Source: Anthoceros angustus (taxonomy: Eukaryota > Plantae > Anthocerotophyta). From it: a stretch of DNA of 64,000 nt. A program made the position numbers and the translations under genes. The notes beneath the pieces are model-generated. The model saw only the letters and a program-made list of their open reading frames with translations. It ran no database searches and was not told the origin of the DNA. Each line of letters begins with the position of its first letter. The stretch's first letter is position 1. Below are positions 23,327 through 35,983 of the stretch, one piece after another. The stretch covers positions 310,001 through 374,000 of the forward strand of contig MU008150.1 in NCBI GenBank assembly GCA_010909165.1, read 5' to 3'.

Positions 23327-25050
23327 AATGGAATCAGAAAAAGAGAGCAACGACGACATGGTAGACATCGAAGAAGGTAACCGTCATTTCTTTGTTTGAC
23401 GCTCGAATGGCCGTTCTTTTTACTTCGAATCGCCGGTTTCTTACTTTCGAACATATATTTGACAGAGCAACTACGTCAGGCTGTAACTAACGAACGCTGA
23501 GCTACCATGGCCGACAATCATGTTCCCGCCCATGGGGATCCAAGATATGACACCAAACCGGAGTTCGAAATCCCACTCCTTGAAATAAGAAAGATTGCAG
23601 AAAAAGGTACATCTGTGGAAAAAGATTTTCTGTTAGAAAAGATACTACTGTTGAAAGTTCTGTACAACGTGACTGACTGAATGCATGTTTTCCAGTTCTC
23701 ACGGAGCACACTATGTTCACATCTATGGACAAACAAGACTTACAGCTCCTTTGCCAGGTGCCTGCTCAACTGGACAAAATAAAAAAGGTACGGAGTTTTG
23801 CTTCTCGACCCTCAAAGACTACCTAACAATAAAATTGTGTTCAACATGGTTATCAAGTCTAACTTACAAAAATTTACATGTACAGGATATTAAAAAGAAT
23901 TTACGAACAATAGCACAGTTAGAGTTGGAGACAATGACTCTAGTGAGAAGGTTTAACGAACATCAAATCTCAATTCAATCAAAACTAGAGGTAAACAGAC
24001 AAATGCGTTGACATTATGTAGTATTGTATTGCCAATTAGTAAACAATTTATTTACAGAGTGCTGCAGAACAAGCGGCTGCTGCTAAAGAAATAAAAGACA
24101 AAATACACGAAATTGACGACAAAATCAACAACACAGACATCTCCCATCAGGTTGGGCAAAGCAATCATTGAATTCTCATATCCTGTTTTTCCTATACTTA
24201 ACCAATTTCTAAATTTCTAAAGGAAAAAAGGAAAAAAAAATAAAAGAGTCTGAAGACAACGCTCCAACTTATGGCCCTTCAAAAGAGTTCACTGAATTTG
24301 GCAAATGGATGAATAACTTTCAGTATCCGCCAATTTTCCAAGATTTCAAGAACATATATGTTCCCATTTGGGAGCATAGTCTTAAATACCCAGTGCAGCC
24401 AATCCTCAATGAAGATGGATCTACACCAACCTTTCAGCAGCATATAGAGATTCAGAAAAGTAAGTATCTTTGGATTTTTATTTTATAAAGTTAATTATGT
24501 GCTTTAATTTTTCATCTTGTGATTTTGCAGAGATATCCGAAAACCATTCAAAATAATGAGCTGAAAACTACAGACTTGTTGTCCCTTATGGAGGATCCAG
24601 AGACGACAAAAAACATCCAGAAGGTATATTCCTCAAATGGAAATTTCTAACATTTGCCCTTCTTCCAGAACTTAAAGTCACACTCTCGCAGTGTGGAGAA
24701 TCTTCACAGCACCTGCATAATGTTAATCAGAAAGGTATTTTCCGAGCGGGACGTACTTCGACTTGAAATGGAGGTAACTTACTAACCTGTTCCACCTTCG
24801 TTTGTAGCTATCGAAGAAACAAAAGGAGTTGTTTGCACTGTCTGAGGTTAGTATAAAAAAATACTAGTTTTCAATTTTAATAAGTTTAATTTCTAACAAA
24901 TGATATTGCTTGTAGAAATATTCACGTATGGACGAAATCTTTGAGATGATAAACTTTTTATCCGGACTGTACAACGAGCAAAAGAAAAGACATTACTCTG
25001 AAGACTATGCACCACAATCACTGTTACACCCCATCAACCCCGATAGAATA
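23327..25050 (+). pseudogene. AT-rich multi-exon gene of unknown function (at least 8 exons; one in-frame TGA and homopolymer frameshifts)
   Basis: Successive GT-AG-bounded open exons: NGIRKKSNDDMVDIEE / EQLRQAVTNER*ATMADNHVPAHGDPRYDTKPEFEIPLLEIRKIAEK / LLCQVPAQLDKIKK / DIKKNLRTIAQLELETMTLVRRFNEHQISIQSKLE / SAAEQAAAAKEIKDKIHEIDDK / ..FGKWMNNFQYPPIFQDFKNIYVPIWEHSLKYP.. / RYPKTIQNNELKTTDLLSLMEDPETTKNIQK. Confidence 0.6.
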
Positions 25051-25530
25051 TGACTTGATTTTGACACCATAATGTCCAGAAACGCGGTTATAGGATTAAA
25101 GCTGGGACTTCTTATAATAGCGAAAGGTATTTTCCGAAAGGACGATTGACTTGAAATGGAGGTAACTTACTAACTGCTCCACCTTCGCTTTGTAGCTATC
25201 AAGAAACAAAAGGAGTTGTTTGCACCGAGGTTAGTATAAAAAATACTAGTTTTCAATTTTAATAAGTTTAATTTCTAACAAATGATATTGCTTGTAGAAA
25301 TATTCACGTATGGACGAAATCTTTGAGATGATAAACTTTTTATCCGGACTGTACAACGAGCAAAAGAAAAGACATTACTCTGAAGACTATGCACCACCGG
25401 AATCACCTGTTTACACCCCATCAACCCCGATAGAATATGACTTCTGATTTTGACACCATAATGTCCGTAAAACGGTTATAGGATTAAAACTGTTGGGACT
25501 TCTTATAATAGCGAAAGCAGAAATGGTAAC
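24735..25530 (+). repeat. ~390 bp tandem duplication with indel-type differences
   Basis: 24735-25120 vs 25125-25520; junction at GAAAG microhomology. Confidence 0.9.
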
Positions 25531-25599
25531 TTGATTTACCCCACAATTGACATTAAAGAGAGAGAAAAAAGAATTATAAGCTAGGTGGGTAGGGCAGCA

Positions 25600-28500
25600 G
25601 CCCTTAAAATGGTCACAGACCTCGGATATCGCCTCGGTCTGCAGTCAAGTGGGGCGCGCGTCTCGGCCCCAGCCTCGGCCGCTCCCTTATGCTGTGGAGC
25701 GGACTCACGTCCGCGCCTAAAAGCGGTCTCGTGCGCCCCTCCGCGTCCATTCCCTAATACCTTCAGTTGGACTCAAAAAATCAGCAAGTATAAGGGCCAC
25801 AAGATATGTTAGATTATCAGCATCCATCCTCCCCCACTCACCCCCCCAGCTTGGGAAGAGGTTGCACCAACCCAAGCTGGAAACGATCTGACACACACTT
25901 TCCAACGACTTGGCAGCTGTTGCTGTAGGTGGAGAACTGTTCCAGCAGCTTGTACGCCCGCTCAACGGCTGGAAATTCAAGCGCAACGGGTGCAGTACCA
26001 TGGTTGATCTGGCACTTCGGTGAGAGGTGGTGTGAGACAGAACAGGTGATAACCCCCGTTGCAACCATATATTGCACAGGAGCATGAGCTTTGTGTCATC
26101 CACCCTCCTATAGATCTGACAGGGGTAGTCTGCTGGTGGAATCCAATCTACTGTCACGATGTTAGGATCCAAGTTAGGCAAGTGGCAGAGCGCACAATTC
26201 TTCATGTGATCAGTCAGGGTCCGCCCATGTGACCCCTGTAGCAGCAAAATGTCATTTCCCTGCACCTCCTTCACCCGGAGCATATGTCTGTTGGTGTTAG
26301 TGTCCAAGGTGTTGCTGGTCTGACGTTGAAGATACACAAAATCTCCGACCTGGAACTTCTTGAGCTTGGGCCTGAAGCTTCCACTGCGGGTGTGCGCATA
26401 TCGTAAGGTATCCCAGTGCTGGGCAATGCGCAGATTTGCCATGGCCATGGGCATCACTTGCTTGAAGAGGGCTGCCCTTTTGCCTACGATTCTGGCCCAT
26501 GTGGCTGGACTGTCCAAGTCCACCACCTGGTGCTTCTGTCGAGCAATGGCACTAGGCGGCATGGGTTCTCTTCCAAACAACAGGAAATATGGCGAGAAAT
26601 GGGCCAAGGCTGCATGCTTGCTCATGCCATAGCCCATTGCAATATAAGGCAGGGCCAAGTCCCAATCCATCTTGGGCATTTGGAGACATAGCTTGCAGAG
26701 CCCTTTCTTAATTGTTTGCACCATGTGCTCGGTTAGACCATCGGCCTGAGGGTGGTCTCGGCTGGTCCGGCGGTGATCTATCAGGGCCGGATCTAGGAGG
26801 TCCTAGAATTCCCATGAACTTTGACCCTTGGTACATCGAGCACTCCATGTGACCGCCAAATCTTCCCAACACATTATGCAAGAATGCTTGTGCGGTCATG
26901 GAACTCTTATCGGGAGAGACACTACCTCCACCCACTTGGAGAAGTGCTCCATCATCGCCATGGAGAAGTGCATCCATCATAGGAAACGGTGCAACTGGGG
27001 ATCTTTGAATGGTGAATGATGTCTTCACCCGATCGCATTGTTCTAAAGCCACTGTTGCTTCACTTGCGGTGCACATCCCATGCCAAGAGAAGTGGGGAGT
27101 GAGCAAAGCTGTAAGTTCGCGTAATTAAAATGTCTGCCACAGCCTCGGATATCGCCTCGATCGCGCGTCTCGGCCCCAGCCTCGGCCGCCTTTATGTTGT
27201 GGACGGACTCACGTCGGGCGCCACGGCCTAAAATCTGCCCCGTGACGCCCTCCGTCCATTCCCTAATACCTTCAGTTGGACTCAAAAATCAGCAAGTATA
27301 AGGGCCACAAGATATGTTAGATTATCGTGATCCATCCTCCCCACTCCCCCCTTGGGAAGAGGTTGCACCAACCCAAGCCGGAAACGATCGACACACACTT
27401 TCCAACGACTTGGCATTGCTATTGTAGGTGGAGAACTTCCAGCTTGTACGCTCAACGGCTGGAAATTCAAGAATCTGCAGTACCATGGTTGATCGCGCCC
27501 GGTGAGAGGTGGTGTGAGGCAGGCAGTGATAACCCCGTTGCAACCATATATTGCGGAGCATGAGCTTTGTGTCATCCACCCTCCTATAGATCCGGCTGTA
27601 GTCCACGGAATCCAATCTCTCACGATGTTAGGATCCAAGTTAGGCAAGTGGCGCACAATTCTTCATGTGATCGGGTCCGCCCATGTGACCCTAGGCGAAA
27701 AATGTCATTTCCTGCACCTCCTTCACCCGGAGCATATGTCTGGTGTTAGTGTCCAAGGTGTTCTTTGGTCCGGCGTTGAAGATACACAAAATCTCCGACT
27801 GGAACTTTGAGCTTGGGCTCAAGCTTCCACCGCTGTCGCATCGTAAGGTATCCCAGTCTTTGGGCAATGCGCAGATTGCCATGGCCATGGGCATCACTTG
27901 CTTGAAGAGGGCTGCCCTTTTGCCTCGATTACGGCCCATGTGGGGGCCCAAGTCCACCACCTGGTGCTTCTGTCGAGCAATGGCACTAGGCGGCATGGGT
28001 TCTCTTCCAAACAACAGGAAATATGGCGAGAAATGGGCCAAGGCTGCATGCTTGCTCATGCCATAGCCCATTGCAATATAAGGCAGGGCCAAGTCCCAAT
28101 CCATCTTGGGCATTTGGAGACATAGCTTGCAGAGCCCTTTCTTAATTGTTTGCACCATGTGCTCGGTTAGACCATCGGCCTGAGGGTGGTCTCGGCTGGT
28201 CCGGCGGTGATCTATCAGGGCCGGATCTAGGAGGTCCTAGAATTCCCCGCGGAACTTTGACCCTTGGTCTGTCAAGCACTCCGCGCAGCCGCCAAATCTT
28301 CCCAACACATTATGCAAGAATGCTTGTGCGGTGCTGCGGGAACTCTTATCGGGGAGAGACACTACCTCCACCCACTTGGAGAAGTGCTCCATCATCGCCA
28401 TGGAGAAGTGCATCCATCATAGGAAACGGGTGCAACTGGGGATGCTGAATGGTGAATGATGTCTTCACCCGATCGCATTGTTCACAAAAAGCCACTGTTG

Positions 28501-30160
28501 CTTCACTTGCAGCACATCCCATGCCAAGAGAAGTGGGGAGTGAGCAAAGCGTAAGTTCGCGTAACACCAAAATTGTAAGGGTATTAAAGCTGGGACTTCT
28601 TATAATAGCGAAAGCGAAATGGTAACTTGATTTACCCCACACAACATTAAAGAGAGAGAGAAAAAGAATTATAAGCTAGGTGGGTAGGGCAGCAGCCCTT
28701 AAAATGGTCACAGACCTCGGATATCGCCTGATGCCTCAGTCAGGCTCGGCCCCACCTCGGCCGCCTTTATGGTGGCGGACTCACGTCGGGGCGCACGGCC
28801 TAAAACGGTCTCGGCCGTGACGCCCCTCCGAGCGTCCATTCCCTAATACCTTCAGATTGGACTCAAAAATCAGCAAGTATAAGGGCCACAAGATATGTTA
28901 GATTATCGCATCCATCCTCCCCACTCACCCGACTTGGGAAGAGGTTGCACCAACCCAAGCCGGAAACGATCGACACACTTTCCAACGACTTGGCGGTGTA
29001 CCGTGGGTGGAGAAGCTCCAGCCTTGTACGCCCGCTCAACGGCTGGAAATTCAAGAACGGGTGCGCATACCATGGTTGATCGCGCCCGGTGAGAGGTGGT
29101 GACAGTGATAACCCCGTTGCAACCATATATTGCGAGCATGAGCTTTGTGTCATCCACCCTCCTATAGATCCGAGCGGGGTAGTCTGCGGTGGAATCCAAT
29201 CATCGTCACGATGTTAGGATCAAGTTAGGCAAGTGGCGGGCGCACAATTCTTCATGTGATCGGGTCCGCCCATGTGACCGATAGACAAAATGTCATTTCT
29301 GCACCTCCTTCACCCGAGCATATGTACATTGGTGTTAGTGTCCAAGGTGTTGCGGTCGACGCGTTGAAGATACACAAAATCTCCGACTGGAACTTCTTGA
29401 GCTTGGGCTGAAGCTTCCACCGCTGTCGCATCGTAAGGTATCCCAGTGCTGGGCAATGCGCAGATTTGCCATGGCCATGGGCATCACTTGCTTGAAGAGG
29501 GCTGCCCTTTGCCTCGATTACGGCCCATGTGGTGATCCAAGTCCACCACCTGTCGAGCAATGGCACTAGGCATGGGTTCTCTTCAAACAGGAAATATGGC
29601 GAGAAATGGGCCAAGGTCGCATGCTTGCTCATGCCATAGCCCATTGCAATATAAGGCGTACCAAGTCCCAATCCATCTTGGGCATTTGGAGACATAGCTT
29701 GCAGAGCCCTTTCTTAATTGTTTGCACCATGTGCTCGGTTAGACCATCGGCCCGAGGGTGGTCTCGGCTGGTCCGGTGATCTATCGAGGGGCGGATCTAG
29801 GAGGTCCTAGAATTCCCATGAACTTTGACCCTTGGTACATCGAGCACTCCATGTGACCGCCAAATCTTCCCAACACATTATGCAAGAATGCTTGTGCGGT
29901 CTGGAACTCTTATCGGGGAGAGACACTACCTCCACCCACTTGGAGAAGTGCTCCATCATCGCCATGGAGAAGTGCATCCATCATAGGAAACGGGTGCAAC
30001 TGGGGATGCTGAATGGTGAATGATGTCTTCACCCGATCGCATTGTTCACAACAGGCCACCTGTTGCTTCACTTGCAGGCACATCCCATGCCAGTAGAAGT
30101 GGGGAGTGAGCAAACTGTAAGTTCGCGTAACACCAAAATTGTAAGGGTATTAAAGCCCAA
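25600..30160 (-). mobile_element. Ty3/Gypsy integrase with C-terminal PHD finger, in three tandem ~1.5 kb copies
   Basis: NFGVTRTYSLLTPHFYWHGM..CEQCDRVK (HHCC), IEHFSKWVEV, HPQADGLTEHMVQTIKKGL, FSPYFLLFGREP, and a PHD remnant at 25985-26135. Units at about 25500-27120, 27130-28590 and 28590-30160; copies 2 and 3 are indel-ridden. Confidence 0.93.
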
Positions 30161-30400
30161 TGTACTTAGACTAATACACTTAGTCTAAGTTAGGTGTCAG
30201 TTAAGTATCATTAGTTTAGCTGAAGCTAATCACTAGGAAGCTTCTTGTGCTCCTTCCTAGGGGCTTCTTATGGAGCTTCCTAGGGAGCCCTGTTGGAGGG
30301 TATAAATACCCTCCAAAGCCTCATCTCAAGGTGAGAGAGTTACACTTGCCTCCTCCTCTCCTCTCCTCTTTCCACCATCATGGGCTGCCACAGATCCTTC
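30161..30400 (+). mobile_element. LTR-like fragment
   Basis: Starts TGTAC, contains a 10-bp hairpin cttagactaa-tacac-ttagtctaag (30165-30189) and TATAAATA at 30301, and precedes an RT remnant. Confidence 0.45.
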
Positions 30401-30639
30401 AAAAATGGCCCATGTCATTGTGCGCACGCTTGATGAGGGCGCCTCTGTCTGTTGGTGGGGGCACAAGCCGTAGGACCTGAGCCTAGGACAGGCCTGAGTA
30501 TGGGACAGTCCCAGGGTAGGGACTCCCGAACCACCTCCAGCATCCAAGCCTCGCTTATTTGCTGAGACTTTTGATTGGGTCATGGGGCCTGAACTCACCA
30601 CAGAGCAGAAAGCGCAGATACATCCCCTTTTGCTCTAAT

Positions 30640-31800
30640 ACCAGGACTGTTTTACATTCTCCATGCGAGATTTGAAGCGATGCAATGTGACCACTTTTCG
30701 CATCAATCTGACTACAAGGAGCCTATCTACTGGAGGCGCTATTGCTCAGCAAAACCGAGTGGGACATGGTCGATGCACACTGCCAAGAGTTGCTTGCAGC
30801 CGGGCTCATTCGCCTCCTCTTCGATTATGCCCCACATGGATGCCTCCCAAAAGGACAGAACGGATGTGAGAGAAGAGGTTGTGTGGAGACTACCGGCCTA
30901 TCAATGCAGTGATAGCCTAGGATCGGTATCCCATGCCAACACCGGAGGAAATCTTCGACAACATTGGCAAGTCCACCTACTTCGAATTCTCAATTTTGGA
31001 TCTTCGCCAAGGCTTCAACTAGGTGCCTGTCGCTAAGGAGAACATCAAGAAAGTAGCCTTTCAGGGCTCCCAGCAGCAATGGGAATGGCTGGTGATGCCC
31101 TTCGCCTTCAAAAACACGCCGGTGACATTCTAGCGTGTCATGGACATAGTACTTGCAGGTTCAGCGAACCTTATGTGCTACATCGATGATGTCTTGGTTC
31201 ACAGCGAGGATTTTGAGTCCCATATTGTGGACCTGGAAGACTTGTTTAAGAGGTTGCGGACGGCGCAACTGACGTGTCACCCAGCCAAGTGTGAATTTGG
31301 CATGGACACCATCGCATACCTTGGTCATAGAGTCGTACCCGATGGGGTGATGTCACATGTTGCCAATGTGCAGGCCATCTTGCAGATGCGTGAGCCCATA
31401 AACGTCTCCGCCTTGTGAGCTTTTCTCAGCCTATGCAACTAGTACCGAGTATACATTCAGGACTTTAGCCGAATCGCCAAAACTTGCCATTGAACGACTT
31501 GCTGCGAAAGGATGTTGCTTGGGCCTAGATAGAGACGACTTAGCAAGCCTTCGACATGCTGAAATTGAGCTTGACAGAAGCTCCCGTCATGACCAGACCT
31601 GACATCTCCAAACCGTTTGTGGTACACACGGATTGGAGTATCCTAGGCCTAGGGGCTGTGCTAGCCCAGCAAGACAAAGATGGACAGGAGCGAGTAGTGG
31701 CGTATGCTTCACGCAGCTATAATCGGGCGGAAGCCAACTACAGCAGTTATCAGGGAGAGTGCTTGGCTGGTGTATGGGCACTTTTCATAAGGGGGAACCC
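30640..31800 (+). mobile_element. Ty3/Gypsy RT-RNase H pseudogene
   Basis: MPFAFKNTPVTF, MCYIDDVLVHS, HPAKCEFG, FVVHTDWS, VAYASRSYNRAEANYSSYQGECLA; multiple stops. Confidence 0.93.
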
Positions 31801-32135
31801 ATCAACATCCTTGAATTGATGCTGGAAGGCCATGATCAGAAATGGCCACCCTGGAATGACTCCATCGTCCAGGGGCCATCCCCATTGCCCGTAGGGATAG
31901 CGTCGAGTAGGGCACGAGGGCGTGCGGATATGATCAAAAATGGCCACCTTGGAATGACTCCATCATCATGGGGCCATCCCCATTGCTTGTGGGGATACCG
32001 TCGAGCAGGGTGCGGGGAATGTATCGGATATGATAAAAAATGGCTGCCTCGAACTGACTCCATCGTCCTGAGGCCATCCCCATTGTCTCTAGGGGTACCA
32101 TCGAGCAGGGCGTGGGGACATGCGGATGGTGTCCA
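31790..32135 (+). repeat. ~99 bp tandem repeat, 3+ copies
   Basis: aaatggc(c/t)(a/g)cc..gactccatc..ggccatccccattg..tcgag(t/c)aggg at 31841, 31939 and 32039. Confidence 0.9.
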
Positions 32136-32547
32136 GTTCAGTGAGAGATGGCGGCAGCAAGTTGAAGTCGAAGGCTGATGTGTACCTGGTCCTTGTAGGG
32201 TTAACCCCACAAGGATTGAGAAACTGAAATTGAGCCTTTTAAAGATTCTTTTGCAGGTTTAGTAATTGTTAAGAGTTTGCTCTGTGATGATAGTGTACAG
32301 TTTTGAGCATCTGCTCATACTGCATTTATCCATCTAAAAAATTTGGCCAACAGCTGCTATAAAGAACCGCCTGGCAATTGTAAAAGAAACTCAGGCTTAA
32401 TGGCCGAGGTCACTGGTTGGGCCAGTAACCCACATTCCTTTGAACGCCTGACCTGTACCACGCAAGCTGTCGTCGCATTGACGTAGTCATGCATATTGAT
32501 CCTGGGTGTAACATTTTTTCGAAAAGACCTAGAATGATCATGGAGGA

Positions 32548-33560
32548 GACTTTATTATGAGATGGGAAGACCCATCTACCCCAAGAGAAGGGGGAACAAC
32601 CCTTAGGAGGGCACTAAACCATAGGGGACTAACCCCCGTTAAGGAAACTAAAAAATTCCTTGCCCATGGCCCCATGGATCTCGATGGCGAAAGGGATGAA
32701 GGCATGCCTCTATTGCATAGGAGACTACTTATGAACCTTCACCGTGGCACATCCCTCCGCCGCCCACCCTGGAGGGTTGAGGATCACATGCTCAAGTAGG
32801 GTTAGCGGCAACCACATTTGCAACCGAAACGTGGTCCCCCTAGACCAAAAAAAGGTCCGCCCCGAGGGAAAACCCGTTAGGCAGAGTGTAAGGGCACTCG
32901 CTGTAAGGAAAGAAGCCTCCTTGGCCAACAAAAACATGACACCGCGAACAGCATCATGTGTAGCAATGCGCTGCCCACCCGCGGAACAGCGAGCAAGGTG
33001 GGTCCCCAAGTCGTCGAGGGGTGCCCCCACAGCTGCAAGCCTGGAGAGAGCAGGCCAAAGGCTAGACCACGCCTAGGCGTAACCTCATCGCGGTAGAGAA
33101 GAGGCTGGTGGATTCAGAAAGCCTGAATGCAAGGCCGAGCAAGAAGCCATGAACCTGCTCCCTTACCTGAGCAAGAGCAGAGATGGGCACGAGCCGCCCT
33201 AGGGATGGACGAGTCCCGAAGAAGGGCCACCTGCGCCTGGCGATATTGCTTCTCCAGGAAGGACGCTTGAAGTTCGTAGAATCCGGCTTCGGTGAGCGAA
33301 GCAAAAGAAGGTAAGGCAACCCTAGCCTCTGTGGGTAGGGAATCTCTAACCAAATAGTCCACATGCATGGCAAACCACCTTTCTCCACTCCCGCGATGAA
33401 GGACTCCAAAATGCGAGAATCCCTAATGACGAAGCGAGAGACCAGGATGAGAGCAGAGAGGGTCCAACTCTATCTTGAGGAAAGCTGCTGGTGCTAAGGC
33501 TTTTGTAGCCAAAAGACCAGTGCCCCCAAACGTGACAAGGAGAGACACTTGTTGCCTGGC
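32548..33560 (-). mobile_element. CRE-clade non-LTR retrotransposon, copy 3, 5'-truncated 3' portion
   Basis: GAGSWLLARP..FSTAMRLRLG, CSCGAPLDDLGTHLARCSAGGQRIATHDAVRGVMF knuckle; 3' hairpin agatggg-aaga-cccatct next to AATAAA (32551-32577). Confidence 0.88.
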
Positions 33561-34080
33561 CAAGTCCCTAGCTTGCGCACTCCAAGGTGCCTGGGCCAAT
33601 GATATTGGCAAGTGCATGCATAACCAGCTTGTTAAAACCTCTCAGGCTAGACAAGAATATTGGGAATGGCAAAACTGTGCGGAGAAGGTAGCTTGGCCGA
33701 CACGCAAAACAAGAAAATAGAATATTGAACCCTTTTCCGCAACATATCAGTGGACATTCGAGTTAGAATGTAGTCGGTGCACCAGTGGGCGAGGTGTGAG
33801 AGAGTCCCTCAAGGCTTGAGTGGTCAGTGCCCTTATACGCTCGATGGATAATTGCCGCTATGGACTTGATCGGGAAGTACCCTTTGGGCAGGGCCCGTTC
33901 AGTGCATGTGCGGAGGAATTGTGAAAAAAAGGGAAAAAAGATGGGGGAGTGCCACTGGCCGCAATGGTCCGTCTTCGCCATCGCCGGCCTCCGCGGCGGG
34001 TAGTCTTATGCCGCTTGTGCGCATTAACATGCCAGGACGCGTGGCAAGGCGGGGGCCGGCAAGGGCTGGCGTCCACATCC

Positions 34081-34150
34081 CAGGGTTTAACCATGGAGAC
34101 TAGGGTTTAACCATGGAGAGTAGGGTTTAAGCATCGAGACTAGGGTTTAA
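34081..34150 (-). promoter_or_regulatory. Four telo-box-like motifs (TAGGGTTT / AAACCCTA) in a 20-bp tandem array upstream of SHH2
   Basis: cagggtttaaccatggagac tagggtttaaccatggagag tagggtttaagcatcgagac tagggtttaag, about 130-200 bp before the ATG. Three copies are perfect telo-boxes and the first is CAGGGTTT. Confidence 0.6.
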
Positions 34151-34281
34151 GACGTATACATAAACTCGGACGCTTTTTAGCTAGAGTTTTCCACCCCGCA
34201 CAGCTTGCGGCAGCTGTGCTTCTTGCACGATCTGTTTGTAGCAGTCCATAGAGGCGCGCTGGGTTGCAACCTATTGCAAAG

Positions 34282-35854
34282 ATGGGGAGACCGCCGGGAG
34301 GCCCTGTTTTCAGGTTCACGCAGAGAGAGGTAATTGCCTGGCACGTTGCATATGTGAGATTTGTCCGGAAATAAGCGCCGAAGAGCGTCTCATTAGTGTT
34401 CTTTGCGGCAGATTGATGAGATGAAAAAGGCCCTGGTTGAATCTGGTGGCGCCACGCCTTCGACGGACGTTATAGCAAACCTTCAACAGTCCTTCAAGTA
34501 TGCTCTCTTTATGCCGATCGTTGTAAGAGCTTCGGGCAGATTTTTCTCTCACGTTGGAGTAAGCTTACGTTTGGCTTTTCTCAGTTTTTCCGATGAGCGA
34601 TTGGGGCATAAGGAGATCACGCATAAGCAGGTAACTTCTGTGTTAACAGATAAGAGTGCACTTCTGAGCCTCACCTCTGGGTTAAATGTTTTGGACAAAT
34701 ATGTTGCTAGCTAACATTTCACTGTGTATGCAGGTGTGGAATTGGTTTCAGAACAGAAGGCAGCAACAGAAAAACAAAATCTCAAAGATGTCCGAGAAAT
34801 TGGGTCATGAACACACTCCTTCTCCTGGGCCTGGAAGACCACCGAAGAACCCTCATACCATCCCTGCAGGTAACTTCTGTTCTTATCCTCACATTTTTGG
34901 CCTGGCTACAAAATTGTCGCCCATAGCATCTTCGTTTACCAAACACTGGCTTTTGTGTCTTGTATGGTGCACCAGTCAGAAAGCCAGATGGACAACCTAT
35001 GGAGTTTGAAGCTAAGTCCATCAGAGATGGTGCATGGTATGCTTCCTTGGAGCGGAGCCAACTTTTCTGTTTCTTAACGTTGAACAGTTCTTAATGTTGC
35101 CTACTCTTCTTATCCAGCTTATGATTGAATCCAGGTATGATGTTTCGGAGTTCATCTCTCACAAGCTATTAGAAACCGGTGAGCCGGTATGTTGGCGGTG
35201 ATCCACTTGAATGGACCTGTAGGATCGAAGAGTACAAGTTAAGGCAGAGAGGCTTAAGCAACTCCTTGTCCCTGTTATCTGCAGGAAGTGAGAGTCAGGT
35301 ATTCTGGATTTGAGGCTGAAGAAGATGAGTGGGTGGATTTGAAAACATCTGTACGGCAGCGATCTTTACCTTGTGAAGCCACAGAGTGTGTGGCTGTTCT
35401 TCAAAACGACCTAGTTCTCTGCTTTCAGGTACGGGCTACCATGATGTTGCAAATGGAATCAGAGACAGTGAGTGGAGGCTGTAGTTGAAATCGTTCTCAT
35501 CTGAACGTGCACATACCATTTTAAAATGTAGCAGGAGGGTCTAGACCAGGCAATGTACTTTGACGCCGATGTTTTGGAAGTCTCGAGGAGGAGGCACGAT
35601 GCTCGTGGCTGTCGGTGCAGGTTTTGGGTGCGCTACCGGCATGATCAGTCGGAGGTAAGGAAACGTTGGATGCAGTCTTGAATGGATGAGGTACCCTTTG
35701 CAGAGTTGCATGATTTCGAGCTCATGGCCCCCCTCACTGTGGACAGGAGATCGTCCCTCTGCGAAAGGTGTGCCGAAGACCGGAAACAGAACACAGGTTA
35801 AGTCAAGTGACGAGGAAAATTGTATTACCTGACGGATCAGTTGCAGACAATTAA
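34282..35854 (+). CDS. SHH2: SAWADEE homeodomain homolog (SHH2-like), 9 exons
   Basis: [13 protein letters not shown]-terminus, homeodomain [16 protein letters not shown] motifs [69 protein letters not shown]. All exons have GT-AG boundaries. Confidence 0.95.
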
Positions 35855-35983
35855 ACTTCAGAGTGCTCGAATTGGGTCAACCCTAGCAGGTTTCATATTC
35901 GCTACTCTGTTACCGAATTAAATTCATCGATGCGTAATACATGTGGCCAAGCCTGTGTGGCAGAGCCTTTTGTACATGACGAG

